The position numbers and the translations under genes are program-made. The notes under the pieces were generated by a model. It saw only the letters and a list, made by a program, of their open reading frames with translations. It had not been told where the DNA came from and did no database searches. From NCBI GenBank assembly GCA_014905635.1, contig JABVCE010000010.1, positions 186,001 to 250,000 of the forward strand: DNA of 64,000 nt, given 5' to 3'. Below, piece by piece: positions 60,558-64,000 of the stretch (the stretch's first letter is position 1; every line of letters begins with the position of its first letter). This stretch comes from Scenedesmus sp. PABB004 (Eukaryota).

Positions 60558-61842
60558 ATGGCGGGCGAGGCGTCGACGTCCAAGCCGGCGCTGTGGCAGC
60601 TGCGCAACAGCAAGGCGTGTTGCGGCGCTCAGCGGCCCGTCCTGCTCGCCCGGCGGCCCGCCGCGTGGGCCGAGCAGCAGCGCCCGCGCTCTGAGCACCT
60701 GTCTGCGCGCAGGCGCAGAAGGAGGGCGCGCGCTGCACCGTGTTCAGCCCGAGCGGCGAAACATATCGAGGGACCTGGCACGACCACAGGCGCCACGGTG
60801 CGCTGCCTGCCGCCTCCTGGGAGGCATGAAATGGGGATCGCCCAGCCGCTGGCAGCTTCGCGGGGCCGGGAAGCTCGCAGCGCGGCCGCGGCGCCGCGGC
60901 GGAGCTCGACTTGCTGCTGGCTCTGCGACTCGGCACGCCGGCCGCCGCCGCCGCCGCCACTGCAACCGCCAGGCAAGGGCGTGCTGACCTACACGAACGG
61001 CGACAAGTACGAGGGCGACTTTGCGGACGGCCGGCGGCACGGCGACGGCACGCTCTGGGTGCTGCGCGGCGGGCGATACGTGCTGCGATACGCGGGCGGC
61101 TGGGCGGACGACCTGCCGCACGTGAGCGTCGCGCATGGGGAAGGCGCCCGCGGGCGGCGGCGGCGACTGCGGGCTGCTGCACCGCGCCGCCGCGGCCGAG
61201 GCGCCGCCGATCGGTCGCGACGTGCAGGGCAGCGGGTCGTTCTTCGACGAGAGCGGCGGCGTGAGCTACGAGGGCGAGTTTGTGCGGGGGCTGCGCCACG
61301 GCCGCGGGCGCGGCGTGAGCGGCGGCGACGTCTATGAGGGCGCCTGGGCCGACGACATGCGGTGCGCAGACCTGGCCCGGCGAGCTCGCCACCAGCCTCG
61401 CGCGTCGCAGCCGCAGGCGGCACCCAACCGCGCCGCCGCGCCGCGCCAGCGCAGGCACGGCACGGGCACGCTGATGCTGGCCAATGGCGATCTGTACGAG
61501 GGCGGCTGGCAGGCGGACGCCAAGCACGGGCAGGGCACCTTCTTCCACTGCGCGAAGGGCGCGCGGTGCGCTGCGCTGTGCGCGCTGCGGCTGCTGTGCA
61601 CGTGCGCGCCGGCGACCCTGGCCGCCGCTGTCGCGCTGGCCCGTGGGGGGCCTGACGTCAGGCCCGTCGACGCTCCGTGCGCCTGCAGGTTCGACGGCGT
61701 CTGGCACGAGGGCACTGCCCGGTGCGGCGCGTACAGCGAGGTGCAGCCCGCGCCGCCAGGGGCGCGCGGCGCGCTGCCCACCTGCGAGCTCGCCGAGCCG
61801 GACGCGGTGCTGCAGGAGGCGCTGCAGGGCGCGGCGGGCTGA
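60558..61842 (+). CDS. MORN3: MORN-repeat protein, MORN3-like
   Basis: KAQKEGARCTVFSPSGETYRGTW, then repeated YEGxF/W...RHGxG units (YEGDFADGRRHGDG, YEGGWQADAKHGQG); ends LPTCELAEPDAVL. Confidence 0.75.
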
Positions 61843-62166
61843 CCCCCGCGGCGGGCGCGGGCGCGGGCGCGGCGGGTGCTGGGCTGTGGAAGCGCCGTCG
61901 CGGCCGGCCAGCCGCGCGTTGCCGCGCCGCGTTCGGCGGCAGTCCCGCACGCCCCCCGCTCACTGCGCTCCAGTCCGGCCTGCTGCTCTGCACTCCCGCC
62001 GCGCCCGCCGCAATACCCCGGCGCGGCGGGCGCCCCGCCCCGCCGCCGCCGCCGCTCTCCTCGGCGCCGCCCCGCGCGCGCAGCAGCAGCCCCCCGCGGT
62101 CGCACGCGCGCGCTCGTGGGCCCCCCGAGGCCGGTCCCTCGTCCCCCGTCCCCCGTCCGCTCATCA

Positions 62167-63878
62167 TCACAGCTCCTCCTTGTCGTCGTCGCCGCCGACG
62201 ATGCCGCCAAATATGTCGCCCATGATGTCATCCAGGCTGAACTCGTCCTCCACCTCCACCGCCGCGTCCTGGCCGTCCCAGGGCTCGGTCGTCGCCACCG
62301 CGCCGAGCCGGCCGCCCGCCACGGGCGCGACCGGCTCGTAGCGCAGGCCCTTGACAAACTCCTTGAGCGCGGGCCCAGCAAACGCGCTGCGCGGGCGGGC
62401 GGGCGCGCGCGTGCGCGTGCGGCGGCGCAAGGGCATCGGGCGGCGGCGCGCGCGGCGCGCGCGGCGCGCGGGCAGAGCCAGCGGGCGCAGCCGGCACGTG
62501 CGCCCCGGCTGCAGCCGCCGCGGCGGTGTGTGTGGCGCGCGTGCGTGCCTGCGCATGGTGGAGTACTTGAGGTCGCCCGGCTTGAGCGCGACGAGCGCGG
62601 GGTAGCCAAAACCGCCGACGCCGAGGCTCTCCTCCAGCGCGGCCTGGCGCCCGCCCTCGGCCCACAGGTAGCTCCAGTTCCTGCGCGGCGCGCGCACCGA
62701 GGGCGGGTCGCGGCGGGTCGCGCGGGGCGGCGGCGGCGGGTCGCGCAGGGCCGTGCGAGGCGGCGCGGCGGCGCAGGCGCGGCGCAGACGCGGCGCAGAC
62801 GCGGCGCAGGCACGGGCGCAGGCGCGCCCCGCCACGCGCCTGTCCTTGTGGTCCGCGGCGAGCGCCTTGAGCGCGTCGAGGTAGGCCCGCCGCCCGTCGG
62901 CGCGCGAGTCGAGGATGTTGGGCAGGAAGGCGACAAAGCACAGCTGCGCGGGCGCCGTCTGCGGTGCGGCGGCCGCCGCCGCGGCGAGGCGTGGGCGCGC
63001 GCGCGGGCGCATGGCGCGGCGGCGCCGGGCCCGCGCGCGGCCGCGCGCCGCCCCACGCTGCGCCGCGCCGCCCCACGCCGCGCCGCGCCACGCTGCGCCG
63101 CACACCTTCTCCATGCCCGGGTCTGTCACGCCGAGGCACTCCGTCTCAAACACCGCCTCGTCGACCAGCTCCCGCACCTGGCCCCCGCCGGGCGGCAGGC
63201 GGCGCGCGGGCGGGCGGGGGCGTGATCAGAAGCCGGTCACCAGGTCGCGGGCGCCGCGAGCCGCGTGCCGCGCCGCGCCGCCGCACCTCGCGCGGCTTGG
63301 CGTTGGCGCTCCACAGCTTGGTCGCGGCGTCGACGATCGACCCGCTGTCGCGGCCGCCCTGGTAGTCGGCGGGGCGGGCCTTGTCGGCGCCAAAGGTCTT
63401 GATCGTCGGGTACCCCTGCACGCCGTACTGCCCGCACGTCGACGCGTGCGCGGTGCAGTCGACCGCACCGAGCTTGACCTTGCCGCGCAGCTGCTCCGCC
63501 GCGTCGATCCAGGCCGGCTTGAGCGCCTTGCAGTGCCCACACCAGGGCGCGTAGAACTGGGGGGGGGGAGCCAACGATGGGAGCAGGAGCAGGGGAGGCG
63601 GCGGGAGCGCGGTGAGAGGCAGGAGGGCGGACGGCGCCGGCGCCCGGCGGCAGGGCAGCCAGCGGCCGCCGCCGCCGGGCCCGCGGCGGGCCGCGCGCTC
63701 CCCCTGCCGCCGGCCGCGGCGGCCGCGCCCCCGCCGCGCCGCCGGCGCTGGGCGGAGCCCTGGCCCCCCCCTGCCCCCGCGCACCTCGACCAGCCATACG
63801 TCGTCGCTGTCGATGACCTCGTCGTTGAAGTTGCCGTCCGTGAGCGTGACGACGTCGGTGCCGCCGTAAAAGCCGTCC

Positions 63879-63927
<49 letters not shown>

Positions 63928-64000
63928 TCGCGCGGCCGCCGCCGCCGCCGCCGCTGGGCGGCTTCTCGCCGAGCTGCTTGAACGCGTACGCGCGCGCCTT
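62167..64000 (-). CDS. PDIA6: Protein disulfide isomerase, PDIA6/P5 type; 5' part lies outside the window
   Basis: WLVE|FYAPWCGHCKALKP, VQGYPTIK, GVGGFGYPALVAL, PWDGQD and C-terminal ER retention signal KEEL*. Confidence 0.92.

Noticed and set aside
50740..61566. Additional GC donors at 50740 (DDX27) and 61559 (MORN3)
   Set aside because: Nearby GT donors (50746, 61566) restore the conserved frame better.
1..64000. Hundreds of long overlapping Arg/Ala/Pro-rich ORFs on both strands
   Set aside because: Expected from the scarcity of stop codons at extreme GC content; they are shadows of real genes or run through introns.
1..64000. tRNA, rRNA, retroelement or viral genes
   Set aside because: None recognisable by eye; covariance-model and repeat searches were not possible.

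Overview
Gene-dense, extremely GC-rich, intron-rich eukaryotic nuclear DNA. It is most consistent with a chlorophyte green alga (inferred from TGTAA-type poly(A) signals, a plastid Clp-N protein, HCP and short GC-rich introns). Most ORF-track entries are GC-driven shadow ORFs, so I rebuilt genes by joining exons by eye. Recognisable genes: an RRM protein, EMSY-like (ENT + Tudor/Agenet), CFAP46/FAP46, a double Clp-N protein, DUF3228, exportin-5/HASTY, proteasome alpha-3, DRS1/DDX27 helicase, hybrid cluster protein (HCP), a cytochrome b5 + b5-reductase protein resembling the nitrate reductase diaphorase half, MORN3 and a PDIA6-type PDI, plus several low-complexity hypothetical genes. Most notable observations: (1) HCP sits head-to-head (268 bp between ATGs) with a Moco-less nitrate-reductase-like NAD(P)H:heme diaphorase, a candidate eukaryotic counterpart of bacterial hcp-hcr; (2) two large inverted duplications in the first 16 kb, one with the geometry of a staggered-break inversion; (3) many GC-AG introns; (4) a protein with two MBD-like repeats and a possible methyltransferase-like domain; (5) two adjacent paralogues of an unrecognised RRxS-rich family. 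All homology calls come from remembered motifs, not database searches.
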